A stretch of DNA of 62,773 nt, filler included, from Sphaeroforma arctica JP610 (lineage: Eukaryota): the NCBI RefSeq assembly GCF_001186125.1. It is 5 parts of 2 records of this genome, joined end to end, with 100 filler letters (N's around TTAATTAATTAA, not from the genome) between each part and the next. Parts side by side here need not be neighbours in the genome. Positions count along the whole stretch, not along the records: positions 35,984 to 58,736 come from NW_014040539.1; positions 58,837 to 62,773 come from NW_014040538.1; 3 more parts are not named here. One strand, written 5' to 3'. The position numbers and the translations under genes were made by a program. The notes beneath the pieces were generated by a model. It was not told the origin of the DNA. It saw only the letters and a program-made list of their open reading frames with translations, and did not search any database. How positions within the stretch are numbered: position 1 is the first letter of the stretch; every line of letters starts with the position of its first letter. This document shows positions 53,301 through 62,773 of the stretch, one piece after another.

Positions 53301-55406
53301 GTGGAGTGTGTACTGTTCCGGATAACTCTTACCCCAGTGTCAGAGATTCAGACACAGATACTGACACCTGAAGGACAATATATTTTACGTACACTCGCCA
53401 AAGAAAAGTATGTACCAAACAAGCTTTAAGGATCAGGCTGAAAGCGTGCTTGATGTATTTCTCTCATAACCTCAAACAAACTACTTGCAATTCTCGATTC
53501 CGCCGATGGCATGACGCAACGTGACTGAGAATGAGTGAGAATACAGGTTCGTAGAATACAGCCTACGGTTCAATAACGTGACTGAGAATGAGTGAGAATA
53601 CAGGTTCGTCGAATACAGCCCACGGGTCAATTGTATTCATGTGGGCGTTGAAGGGGCAAGTGCTGTTTTATACCGTGCACTTACAGAGGTTTCGCACAAG
53701 TCTACTATAAGATTGCAAGAGAGCACTTACAGAGGTTTAGCACAAGTTTACTATAAGATTGCAAGAGAGCACTTCTATGAAGGGCTGTGAAAGGTTGCAT
53801 ATAAGTGCGTGCACCGGGAGGGCAAGAACGGATCTTCACCCACTGTATATGCATTTGTATGTATGTATGTAAGTATGTATGTATGTATGTATGTATGTAT
53901 GTATGTATGTATGTATGTAGGTATGTATGCATGAATGTATGTATGTATGTATGTATGCACGTATGGATGTATGTATGTATGTACTCTAGACTTGCAAATG
54001 ATACTCGAGAGCTGTGAACTGTTGATCATCGGAACATACCAGATGAAAGAAAGAGAACTTAGGATGCAGTGTTAATGTTGCAGATGCCTATTAACATCCG
54101 AAATAGATACTGTGTGCTTAATCATTCGAATATATCACACAGTGACGAATTCTGCTGAGAATAGTAGATACTTACTTTGGTAAGGTTGATTCATATCAAC
54201 AGTTGAGATGGATAATATCCAGGCAGAGATTACGGTCTGTATCACGCTTAAACTATCGCATACAGCAAGTGACGTGATAGTGACAACATAGACTACCCGG
54301 AATAAACACAGGTTGAGATCTGTCCGAGCGGATATACACAGCCGTAGATCCGCCCATATATATATATATAATCAAATAGATCATTGGTTCGAATAGGCAT
54401 TGAAATAGCGTATACATACAAGTACAATAAATGAAGGCTAGTCAAGGAATGTACTGTTACCAAACAAAACGATTACCACAAACAAAATAAAGGGTATGCT
54501 GGGTCCTACGAGACATAGTTATCATCAGACAAGGCGAATTTTAAACCACGTACAGGAGTGTAAAAAGTGATACATGCACACATTCCGAAAAGAAGCCCTT
54601 GTTGTCTCCCGAAAGGCTTCTTGGTAACGCCACACAGACACTGCAATTGAATTGCACGTACACACGTATATATATATATATATATAGCAGAGATCGCTAT
54701 GTCGATAAGTCAAAGCACTCACAATCTTACGTCGACCGACGAATGCGTGCCACATTGACATGGTCTCGCATACAAACATAGCTATTGGATCGGAATAATC
54801 GTTTTATCGAATCTACGGTGTGACGATATTCTCAGACGAGTTTATATTTCCACGTGGATTGAAGTTTCTGGTATTGTTTTGTATACAATACTGAAATATA
54901 CTTATCGATGAAATTATCTGAATAAAGCTGTTCTCATATCCGTATAGTATCCAATATATTAAACCTTTTCATATAAATTAATGTCGTAAATAATACTGAC
55001 TTGCTTATCGACCAAAATTGCGGTATGTAGATATCCATATACATCCTACGTATTAATATTGTATACTAACCGACATATATAATGATCAAGTGTATGATAC
55101 GAAGATGTCATTATATTTGTATACTAATACATAGAACCTTTTTGATACACATTAATGTTGTATACAATAGTGACTAACCGATTGAGCCGACCTAGGTATA
55201 AAGATATTATACAAACTAATTGATTACATAACTTTCAATTCGATAAATATTTCCAATACATATCAATATCGTATTGACAGAACTAACTTACTTATAACGC
55301 GATTCTTGATGATGCTTGAATCCACATCTTTCGGACGCGTGTAGGTGCGTATGCGGGTGGGAGTCGCGTTCTCCTCCTGGTGTTGGAATGCTGGATAGCG
55401 TGACAT
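22258..55406 (-). CDS. Large multi-exon gene encoding a >1000-aa coiled-coil protein (family not recognised; 3' end probably extends to about 20.7-21.4 kb)
   Basis: At least 26 GT-AG exons with compatible phases and E/K/Q/R/L-rich heptad character. One phase mismatch (45999 to 43944) implies a missed small exon. Tentative final exons are 21340-21373 and about 20683-20742. Confidence 0.85.
22447..24850. repeat. Intronic satellite, 87-88 bp unit, roughly 26 copies
   Basis: AGGTGTATACATAGACATAGCTTGCTCCTATCCTGGCATCAA-[variable]-TAGTATAGATAAAAGGCTTATTAATTTCTGATCA repeated in tandem. Confidence 0.95.
25631..25691 (-). CDS. Exon [20 protein letters not shown]
   Basis: tacag / GTGTGT, 61 nt, phase 0-1. 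Confidence 0.75.
26461..26716. repeat. 41-bp intronic minisatellite
   Basis: GTACAGTACACACAAACAGGGACAAACGCATACAAAGAGCC, about 6 copies. Confidence 0.9.
27151..27264 (-). CDS. Exon [38 protein letters not shown]
   Basis: cacag / GTATGT, 114 nt, phase 0-0. Confidence 0.85.
27620..27724 (-). CDS. Exon [35 protein letters not shown]
   Basis: tgtag / GTTAGA, 105 nt, phase 0-0. Confidence 0.8.
28689..28765 (-). CDS. Exon [26 protein letters not shown]
   Basis: tacag / GTACCT, 77 nt, phase 1-0. Confidence 0.8.
28790..29870. repeat. Intronic minisatellites flanking exon 29507-29552 (37-bp, 84-bp and short GTGTAG-type units)
   Basis: 37 bp at 28790-29080, 84-bp donor-containing unit at 29210-29506, GTGTAGGTATGTGTG array at 29650-29870. 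Confidence 0.85.
29507..29552 (-). CDS. Exon [15 protein letters not shown]
   Basis: gccag / GTGTGT, 46 nt, phase 0-1. Confidence 0.75.
30363..30491 (-). CDS. Exon [14 protein letters not shown]...GVCRKLEQ
   Basis: tgtag / GTATAG, 129 nt, phase 0-0. Confidence 0.85.
31217..31348 (-). CDS. Exon [16 protein letters not shown]...LKDELDSQQ
   Basis: tacag / GTGCAT, 132 nt, phase 0-0. Confidence 0.88.
32536..32628 (-). CDS. Exon [31 protein letters not shown]
   Basis: attag / GTGTGT, 93 nt, phase 0-0. Confidence 0.8.
33120..33920. repeat. 41-42 bp intronic minisatellite
   Basis: TGCATATCAACCAAATGTAAACACAAACCATGACTGTAGAAA, about 18 copies. Confidence 0.92.
33932..34023 (-). CDS. Exon [31 protein letters not shown]
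   Basis: cgcag / GTAGGG, 92 nt, phase 1-0. Confidence 0.85.
34391..34554 (-). CDS. Exon [19 protein letters not shown]...IADIRKDL
   Basis: cgcag / GTGTGT, 164 nt, phase 2-1. Confidence 0.88.
35322..35407 (-). CDS. Exon [28 protein letters not shown]
   Basis: tacag / GTATGG, 86 nt, phase 0-2. Confidence 0.85.
35436..36045. repeat. 60-61 bp intronic minisatellite spanning an assembly gap
   Basis: AAGTAACCATATCGAATATGGACAAAAACAAGCTACACAACCAAGACAATGGGGAGTC on both sides of the gap. Confidence 0.9.
36333..36761 (-). CDS. Largest exon [16 protein letters not shown]...TRQQYEK with 7-aa YKQERDT-type repeats
   Basis: ttttag / GTATGT, 429 nt, phase 0-0; visible in the ORF track at 36177-36731. Confidence 0.9.
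37167..37232 (-). CDS. Duplicated mini-exon (Q)[21 protein letters not shown]
   Basis: Second 133-bp unit with the same structure. Confidence 0.55.
37300..37365 (-). CDS. Duplicated mini-exon (Q)[21 protein letters not shown]
   Basis: Copy of the 3' part of the previous exon with an intact GTATGG donor. In frame if a CAG acceptor is used (66 or 63 nt). Confidence 0.55.
37433..37642 (-). CDS. Exon [18 protein letters not shown]...[11 protein letters not shown]
   Basis: cccag / GTATGG, 210 nt, phase 0-0. Confidence 0.9.
38320..38730. repeat. 26-bp intronic minisatellite
   Basis: AAACACACAGTCACAATAAACATATG tandem. Confidence 0.92.
38789..38917 (-). CDS. Exon [16 protein letters not shown]...RIKELQQQ
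   Basis: tgtag / GTATTC, 129 nt, phase 0-0. Confidence 0.9.
39288..39372 (-). CDS. Exon [28 protein letters not shown]
   Basis: actag / GTATGC, 85 nt, phase 2-0. Confidence 0.85.
40268..40410 (-). CDS. Exon [17 protein letters not shown]...KKIIHDNK
   Basis: ttcag / GTATAA, 143 nt, phase 0-2. Confidence 0.85.
40400..40639. repeat. 78-bp repeat x3 containing the 3' splice site
   Basis: AAAGTCTCTCG...ACCCGGTT.GTG.ATGAATAAACC..AATGGAGTGAGGTAGGTGTA.ATACTGTATAACAAGC. Confidence 0.9.
42030..43025. repeat. Minisatellites on both sides of exon 42237-42401 (44-46 bp and 55-56 bp units)
   Basis: Arrays at 42030-42225 and 42410-43025. Confidence 0.9.
42237..42401 (-). CDS. Exon [16 protein letters not shown]...[13 protein letters not shown]
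   Basis: cgtag / GTGTGT, 165 nt, phase 0-0. Confidence 0.9.
43864..43944 (-). CDS. Exon [27 protein letters not shown]
   Basis: ttgcag / GTGTGT, 81 nt, phase 0-0. Confidence 0.8.
45999..46086 (-). CDS. Exon [29 protein letters not shown]
   Basis: tccag / GTGTGT, 88 nt, phase 0-1. Confidence 0.8.
46670..46774 (-). CDS. Exon [35 protein letters not shown]
   Basis: tgcag / GTAGGT, 105 nt, phase 0-0. Confidence 0.85.
47110..47622. repeat. 43-bp intronic minisatellite (contains a 20-N gap)
   Basis: TTGTATCACAATGCCAATTACAACGGATCTTTATAGTAGGTGA tandem. Confidence 0.92.
48329..48421 (-). CDS. Exon [31 protein letters not shown]
   Basis: cacag / GTACCT, 93 nt, phase 0-0. Confidence 0.85.
48841..49195. 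repeat. 23-bp intronic minisatellite
   Basis: ATATACTAG(T/C)CAATGACACTG(A/T)T tandem. Confidence 0.92.
49525..49602 (-). CDS. Exon [26 protein letters not shown]
   Basis: ctgcag / GTGTGG, 78 nt, phase 0-0. Confidence 0.85.
50439..50599 (-). CDS. Coiled-coil gene exon ([11 protein letters not shown]...SELGSMPDK)
   Basis: tgtag / GTAGGT, phase 1 to 0. Confidence 0.8.
51325..51925. repeat. 50-bp minisatellite, about 12 copies
   Basis: AGAACACGTTAACGGACAGATACGTATACATAACATAAGCACATCACACA tandem. Confidence 0.95.
51930..51978 (-). CDS. Possible exon ([16 protein letters not shown])
   Basis: ttgcag acceptor, GTAAGA donor, phase-1 end compatible with 50599. No upstream phase-0 partner found. Confidence 0.35.
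55292..55406 (-). CDS. Coiled-coil gene, probable first coding exon ([38 protein letters not shown])
   Basis: ATG start, GTAAGT donor, phase 1, compatible with the phase-1 acceptor at 50599. Confidence 0.6.
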
Positions 55407-58388
55407 TGCTCTCGAGCTGAATCTATGTATGTGCGCAGCGTATTCTCACCCATGAGCTCTCAACGTTCAATCTATATGTATGACTGTATATGCATGGGTG
55501 TATATGTGTATTATATACTGTTGACCAGTGAGTTGAATGGTCGTTGTAAGGTATGCCTCTAATGTAATATATAAATAGCACTCATTGATTGAGCGAGTGG
55601 CAGAGGCAAATGATATATTTTTATAACCTCATGTAAATAATAGACACTAGCAGTCACGGAATTCCGTTGCAAAAAGTTGTGCCTTCCCGCCAAAATCTTT
55701 CAATCAGACTGCATCTGTTGTACCCGAGTCAGGGTTGTTGGCTTTTTTAAAAGCGTTGAAAATACGTTAAAAAATCAAACGCTGTATATACATACATACT
55801 TCAAAAAAGAACGTATTTGACGGGTTTGGCTTTCAAATACGTTTTTATAAATCCGTTAAAAATCAAATACTGTAATGTACAAAAATTAACGTATAAACGG
55901 TTTGCGTTGCTCAGGTATGCATTTAAAAAAAATATAGAGGTGCGATATTTTAAAAGCAATCAGAATATAAAACAACCATACTCTTGAAAAATCCGGTTTC
56001 CATTTTGGTTCAGATGATGCGGATACTGTTATTCCGTTCACGCGCTCTATGCCCCTATGTAGTTCTTTAAAATAGTGGGAGAGGGGGGTTTGTTCTCGTG
56101 CCTAACAAAACATTTAAGGAGATACAAAGCTGCAGAATTTAGGATGCACGAGCTACATCTAGAAGTATCTGATAGGTTATTATACAATAATTCTTAGTTT
56201 ACTATGAGAGCACTTATAATTTATAGGATATAATGCACTCTTTGCACATTTATATACCAAGGTTCTACTTGTTGGAGTTCGATTTTTATGACTATCATAA
56301 CCAACCGACATTTGGTGTTAAAAAAACGTACGTCGGTGACTCTCTTATATTTTTTTCTGAAGATAATGTATATATAAAAGGCTCTTTCCATCCCATACTA
56401 TTGCAACCACTGAACCCGGTTGGTAGCTTGAGAATATATGTGATATATTAAGAACGCTTTCCCCATTGTTTCTTTAAAATATGTATTTGTTACTGTCGTT
56501 TTTTCGCACCTGTAATGGAATCCAAAAATGGGTTGCTTTCGCTTTTGGCATATAATCAGGAAAGTATATATGAATTTGTGCGTTTTAGTTCACAGTGCAG
56601 GAATATATATGTTTTGATAATAGTTTAGGGAGTTGATGTTTTAGTCTAAACCTGCAGATGTTGCTGAATCATTTTAGTCGACCTATCAAACTCCAACAAT
56701 ACGGCAAAAGCCACAGAAACCAAAGCTGTCAACCGGTGATATCATCAGAATCAATACATATACAGCTGGGACAGAGTGGTGTATTGTAATACTAGCATTT
56801 CGTATGATCAGCATTCAAAGGATAACCGCAGTTTCTACATTTGATTAAACAACCCTTATATAAATACCATATGCTATTTTAAAATCATCCAGTTGGGCAT
56901 CTCTGTGAGAAACGTAATGGGGCCCGTGCCTGAGTTATTTCAACTCGCACACGTTCGCCTTTGACATATTGCGCAGGTGTCAACAAAGTTTAACGCATCG
57001 AGCATATGCTCATTCTCGATATTTATTGTATTCTGAACAAAGTCGTGTATTCTAAATGACACATTTACCGATCCAAGGTTTAGCGGCACAACGGCGGTTA
57101 GATGTTCACTTATCTTTCGGGATTGCTATTAAACCCAGTAACGCGTTCTATTGAATAGCAGAGATGCATCGTATTTACAGTAAGAAATATATTAACCCAA
57201 CGTCGCTGGATACAATGTGTCGTGTATCTGTTGAATCCCGAGCTCTTATTTCAAAAAGGGTAGTTATAACATAACGGATTGCGGCTCGTCATATCAGACC
57301 TCTATACTAGGTGACAGTACTTCTTTCGCGTTTGTTTAGTGCCACGCCTTGTGAATCTCACAACCACCTATCGAGGGCAATGGAGATAGTGCGACGTAAA
57401 CACACTGTATGTACATACATTGTACTCGTAGCGCAACATTGACGCGAATTCCCCTCAAAACCGCCTATGTAACTTATTGACGAAGTGTTCAAATGCAATA
57501 TTTATAGTGATGAAGATTGATGCGTTTTATTCACTGTCGTGTAGTGTACTTGCACTATCGCGTGCACATGCAGAATAAGTTAAGAATTTAGATACTGTCG
57601 AGGCTCAGCGCTCCACTGACACAAGTGAATACACACTATAACAAGACAACACCACCCACTGAATAAAAGACACAAGGAACACACACTATAACAAGACAAC
57701 ACCACCCTTGCCCAATCTTTCTTCTCCAGATATAATTCAAAGTAAGGCTATACACAAATCACCGGCTACGTGTATGATTGTTCGATTCTCAGCTCCAGTC
57801 ATTGCTACCGACTATAAAGTCACTCCCCCCAGTACATACTTCGTAGAAACAGTCTGTTTTAAATTTTCAAAAATCTTTATTCATTTGAAGGCCGAATCAT
57901 AAAAAGAAACGCACGCATACATCCATACAGCCACAAATTTATAACATACATATTTAGCTGACGAGCGAGCATCGACAACAACGATATCCAGCAATCAGCA
58001 TCCACACCAAATATGTATATGTTTGATCGTCATGCATTTTTGAATGACCCGTGCCTAATTGTTAGATATGTGTTGACAGCTGGCCAGCATAATAAACTGA
58101 CACAGAATGATGAAATCTTAAAATCTCATTGCACAATAATAAAATATCTTTGACTCTCACCGCCGTTTTTATATTTATCACAAAAGAGCAAAGTGTGCAG
58201 AAAAAGCCAAAGCTCTTTGCAGTTTGCTGTTTGTGGGCGTCTGACCGCCTGTAGCCAAACAAGTAAGATGGAATATGATATTGTCGCATAAATATTAATA
58301 TAAATGGACATAGATAGAGTCAAGTCTTGTTTTCTTCCAAACACATGACCTCAACAGGCTCGACCTGTAAATAAATACTTGCTAACAG

Positions 58389-58569
58389 TATGACGAAAGA
58401 ACAAGCATACGCAGCTCAGCATGATTCCGTGCGGCAGGGCTTCACGAAGAAACGCATAGAAGATTTCGTGAATGGGGGCCCGGTGGACGCTATAGTGATC
58501 GGTAGCGGACTGGGTGGCCTAACCACGGCTGCCATGTTGTCACGTGCAGGCTGGCGCGTGCTTGTTTTG
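58389..58569 (+). CDS. Exon of FAD-dependent oxidoreductase, retinol saturase (RETSAT)/phytoene desaturase-carotenoid isomerase family
   Basis: RQGFTKKRIEDFVNGGPVDAIVIGSGLGGLTTAAMLSRAGWRVLVL contains the Rossmann GxGxxG fingerprint preceded by a RETSAT-like QGF motif. ctaacag acceptor, GTATGT donor. The remainder is not found after the gap. Confidence 0.8.
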
Positions 58570-58963
58570 GTATGTAGATTTTAGACTTCCCAAGACCATA
58601 TAGTAGTGTGTATGTCAGACACTAGTGTGTGTTTCAACGCAAGTTTGATTGATATGGGCATAGTAACTTACAGTTTGATATACTATTTGTAAATATAAAA
58701 TTAAATTTGTATTCGTGTAATTTTTACACACACACANNNNNNNNNNNNNNNNNNNNNNNNNNNNNNNNNNNNNNNNNNNNTTAATTAATTAANNNNNNNN
58801 NNNNNNNNNNNNNNNNNNNNNNNNNNNNNNNNNNNNAATTAATAAAAACGGTAATAACCATTTAGGAAACTTAAGTTCCTCGTAATATTAAGAGTACGTT
58901 TATAGTTTACGTACTGCTTAAGAGTACGTTTATAACATAGAGTCTAATGTGGTGGCCCGGCTA

Positions 58964-61434
58964 TTACATAAAGGGTAAACCGATGGACAGAAACATCTGT
59001 TTAGGGCATAATAAAATGTTCATCAACTCTTGTCTATCAGTACCATCCGTACATTTTACATTACGCTTTACCTGCATCGGCAACATGAAATCTTGAAAGG
59101 TTTTCTGTCTAAAATCTTGATTGCGCCTGAGAATATTATGACGCTCTCGCTTTCTCGCCATCATAGCATCCAGTCGTTTTGAGTGTTGCAAACTAAACGA
59201 ATCAGGAATGTCTGCCTATTGAATTTTCTCGCCTGGTTTCAGATTCTTGACGCTATCGACTGTTATTTCATTACGGCAATGCCAAAGTGCCCGAACTCTT
59301 ATCTCTGTGTCGCAATTAGGACCTAATTTCTCCGCCATATCTACAGTTACTACTCGTGATACGGCTGCGTTTTGCCGTGTACTCCCCGTACTCTAATCAC
59401 TAGTTTTTGCTGCGTTGAACCATATCACGATTTACATACATTTGTACCGTTGCTTACTACTATGCACACCTTTCTTGAAATTCTTGGTCACCTTATCAAA
59501 TGTATGTTCCAATCATTTCTTGAATGTTTGGTTGTAAGTGGTAGTTCATTTTCATTGAGGTCGCACATAGGACAGGACTTATGAATACAGATAAATGCTA
59601 TCACATACTTCACAACTATTAAATACATCTATACATACCTGTATCTCAGCATCAGTATTGTGATACGGGTTGTCATCATGAAGCCTGATCCACGATGCTT
59701 CTACCGAACCCGCCTCCTTCAGATAGATCTTGGTCTTTTCAACCATGTCACTAGCGCTAGTAAAAGACTTCGCAAAGTCTTTAAACCCTGTGCCTTTTCC
59801 ACCTTGGCATGGAAGCTTCCGCCAATGATTGATAGTGCCGTCTGCTGGCTCTCTCACTAATGGAAGCGGCTTGTTCACATCTAGAATGTCTTTGGTGGAT
59901 ACGTGTCTCAAAGGAATTTGTTACTAGGACATGCATGAGAGATTATAGAGTCCAATCCTTTTCCTTATTATCTACTACCATTTTAAAGGTTTGCGGGGAA
60001 TCATCAAGCTTTGATAAATACTCGAACGTGTATGTTCCATATCGTTCATTGTACTTGACATACACAGCAATATCACGACTTATATCTCGTTCATCACCAT
60101 TACATACCTCCGCATCGTTTGGCAGAGTTGTAGCTGGATCCATATCATCGATTATTACGTCACCGTCTGCATTGCTGTTGTCTTCTTGATTATGTGATCG
60201 GTCATAGAACTCTTCGAATGACCATTTTCCATTATATGTTGCACCATGGGCCATAATTTTGTACACTATGTTGTTTTTTTTCCGTAGTTTTTCCATTTTG
60301 ACTTTTAGTAATGGGCTCTCTTAGTCTAGCAAATCTCAGACAATGTTGCCTGGTTTGTACGTCGTACGGGCCCGGTAAAAATCGAAAGCATATACCATTG
60401 GAACCAAACCCCTCAGTCTCACTGAGCATACAGAAAGGATGACATATCGTATCACATACCAGACATTTGTGTGACGATGTAGGATGTGTTTTGAGGAGAC
60501 AGAACGTACATCCGACCAATGTCAGCTTCTGGTCATTTGAAGGTTTTTCCAGATGCGATCGATGTTTCACTCTGGCATCATCGGCAATATACCTTCCCGT
60601 CTGTATGTGTGCGAAGTCCCCCCCCCACCTGTCTGTATGTATGCGGAGTGCCCACCTGTCGGTATGTGTGATGAGTCACCATCTTTATGTATGCGTACAG
60701 AGTCCCTCCCTGTCTGTATGTATGATGAGTTGCCACCTGTCTGTATGTGTGTCGAAACGCCACCTGACTGTATGTGTGAGAACCTTCCCCCTTCCTGAAT
60801 GTGTGACTGTGTGCTGTTTGCACGTGTGGGTTTGTATGACCTAACTGTGAATGTAACTGTGTATGTAAACGTTTAAGTTGCCGAGTCTGATGTGAAAGCA
60901 GAAGTAAGGTTTCTAGCTACCGTTGAGTCTATTGTTTCAGTTTTTGTGTTTGCATTATCTTCTGTGCTTTGAGCAATTCACTTGTTAGCGGTAGTGATTG
61001 ATTTCTTGTTCGTGCATTCATGGATCGATGTGTGTTTGCATTGCTACTTGTCTGATGAGTGACCATACGTGGTGCCCTAATTTCCGAACGTGCGGCTGTA
61101 TATCTCCTTCCTTTCGTACCACTAGATAGAGTAGAGCCTTGCTGGTGTAAATGTGATTGTGGTTGAACTATATTGGCATTAGGAGTTTGCATTTGAATAT
61201 GTTGCATGTATCTGTGGCCAGTTGATCTCATATTAACGTGTTCGCTGTGTCTTTGTTGTGAGAGTTGTTTAGTGTGTTATTGGATGATTGAAGTTGTCTC
61301 AGAAAGGGGGAAGGTCCACGGTAAGCAGTCTCGTGCCTATCACTCACCTGTTCGGCATCAGATTGTGACATCGTATCGATGCTTGATGCAATGTCGGTTC
61401 GATTCAGTCGACTATTATTGGTTTCCCCCTCCAT
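58964..61434 (-). pseudogene. Decayed gene or transposon ORF with Cys/His zinc-finger-like motif
   Basis: Chain of protein-like minus-strand ORFs (61228-61434, 60929-61231, 60232-60570, 59943-60296, 59579-59911, 58964-59191) broken by stops and frameshifts. Motif CTFC...HKCLVCDTICHPFC...EGFGSNGIC; a minisatellite lies at 60590-60800. Confidence 0.5.
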
Positions 61435-62367
61435 TGTTTATTTTGAGAATGTTATTATGTACTGTCACTACAATGTATGTGTATCTATTGTCGCTATCTG
61501 TAGGGAAAGAAGCTTATATATTCACTAGTATGCTGACTATATCTACTATACTAAATAAACATTAACATATAACTAGCACACTTAGGGAGTCGTTGACTGG
61601 CGGTAAGTTATTTTAAGACAACTTTTAGAATGTCCACCACTGCTACTTGAACGTCGAGCGGTGATTAACGCCTGTTAACCGCCAGTCGACATTTGTACCG
61701 TTAGAGGAGGAAGCAACTTTGGTAGGAACTCTGGCAGGTATGGCGAACACTTTCGGTTGTAATGTCGAACGTGCGGCGACTTTTATTTAAGTCAGTTTCG
61801 TGGATTGTTTGTTTCGTTGAGGTGCATTGCGCAAAATGGACAATTTCGACGGCAAGGATTCACTTATGCTATTGGTTCAATAAAACATATTCAGCCAATA
61901 TCTTTCTATGTATTTTCTCATAATCCTCAATTTTACGCTATAAAGTTGAATTTTCATACCACAATACATAGACTTTCAGTGGTAATTCTTGAATTACTTA
62001 ATGATCTATTCGATTCTTTTATATGTAATTTTTGACCTTTTTGACCAATTAAATTCTTTTATTTAATTATATATTTTAAGATCGAGGCCTAGCATGGGTT
62101 GACGCTTCGCCAGAATAGGTGGAAACGACAATAATTCACCAACTATATTTCATCAAAATATTTGTTGAGTTGTTTATAGTTGGACAGATTTTCTACTGTC
62201 AAAACATAACAGCTATTAATTGGGCCATATAAGGTAGATCCAAACAAAATTGGGTTTCAGAATTGGCTCCCGGTATACTACCTGAAAACGGGAAAACGGC
62301 TTCAAAGCTAAGCAATAACGTAGAACGTACTCCGTTTTCAGCACATATGAAGAACATATTGAAGTCT

Positions 62368-62620
62368 GGTCTCAACTCTCAACTCTCAACTCTCTCTCTC
62401 GCTCTCTCTCGCCTCTCGCTCTCTCTTGCTCTCTCTCGCCTCTCGATCTCTCGCGCCTCTCGCTCTCTCCTCGAAACTCTCTCTCTCACAGTCTCTACCC
62501 GCCTTTTTACTCTAAATACTATAGAGAGTGTGAGTGCTCTCTCTCTCTCTCAGTCTCTACCCGCCTTTTTACTCTACATACTATAGAGAGTGTGAGTGCT
62601 CTCTCTCTCTCTCTCTCTAG
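62368..62620. repeat. (CT)n-rich tract with a ~62-bp direct repeat
   Basis: CAGTCTCTACCCGCCTTTTTACTCTA.ATACTATAGAGAGTGTGAGTGCTCTCTC at about 62489 and 62551. Confidence 0.85.
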
Positions 62621-62773
62621 CTCAGTACATAAAAGTAGAGATAATTTTATATACGTACAAATATGTGTATTTATGTTTGCCTGTATGATAGAGTAGCAAT
62701 AAATCAGAGAGATGCACGTCGTTTGCTATCGTTTTAACCGAGAAGTAATTTTTTTTTTGTTGTTGGAATTTTA

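Noticed and set aside
21259..54029. Numerous Y/I/C/V/H/T-rich ORFs in the track (for example 28848-29879, 31523-31990, 26293-26955)
   Set aside because: They are translations of (AT)n/(AC)n microsatellites and minisatellites; only short embedded exon segments are credible.
16250..58836. TTAATTAATTAA palindrome embedded in N runs at 16250-16349, 27861-27960, 35884-35983 and 58737-58836
   Set aside because: Identical 100-bp blocks with stops in all six frames are an artificial scaffold spacer, not biology.

Overview
Eukaryotic, intron-rich, microsatellite-rich draft-assembly DNA. Its style is reminiscent of unicellular holozoans such as ichthyosporeans, but that is an impression only. Four 100-bp N/TTAATTAATTAA/N blocks are artificial gap markers. 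Layout: (1) 1-16 kb holds two identical minus-strand tRNA-Ala(AGC) genes, both with a U1xC72 mismatch, among decayed Ty3/gypsy and possibly Harbinger fragments and a foldback repeat family. (2) 17.4-19.4 kb holds the last two exons of a plus-strand PH-domain protein with a C-terminal tail anchor. (3) About 22-55.4 kb is one large minus-strand gene of at least 26 GT-AG exons, traced by hand with compatible phases except at one junction, encoding a coiled-coil protein of more than 1000 aa. Many of its introns carry a private minisatellite next to a splice site and/or a degenerate echo of the preceding exon end. (4) 58.4 kb has one exon of a RETSAT/phytoene-desaturase-family FAD oxidoreductase. 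(5) 59-61.4 kb is a decayed Cys/His-finger gene or mobile element. Best leads: possible 5' editing or repair of a nuclear tRNA, and local duplication of splice-site-containing segments that appears to create new exons and introns. Most ORFs in the supplied track are microsatellite noise.
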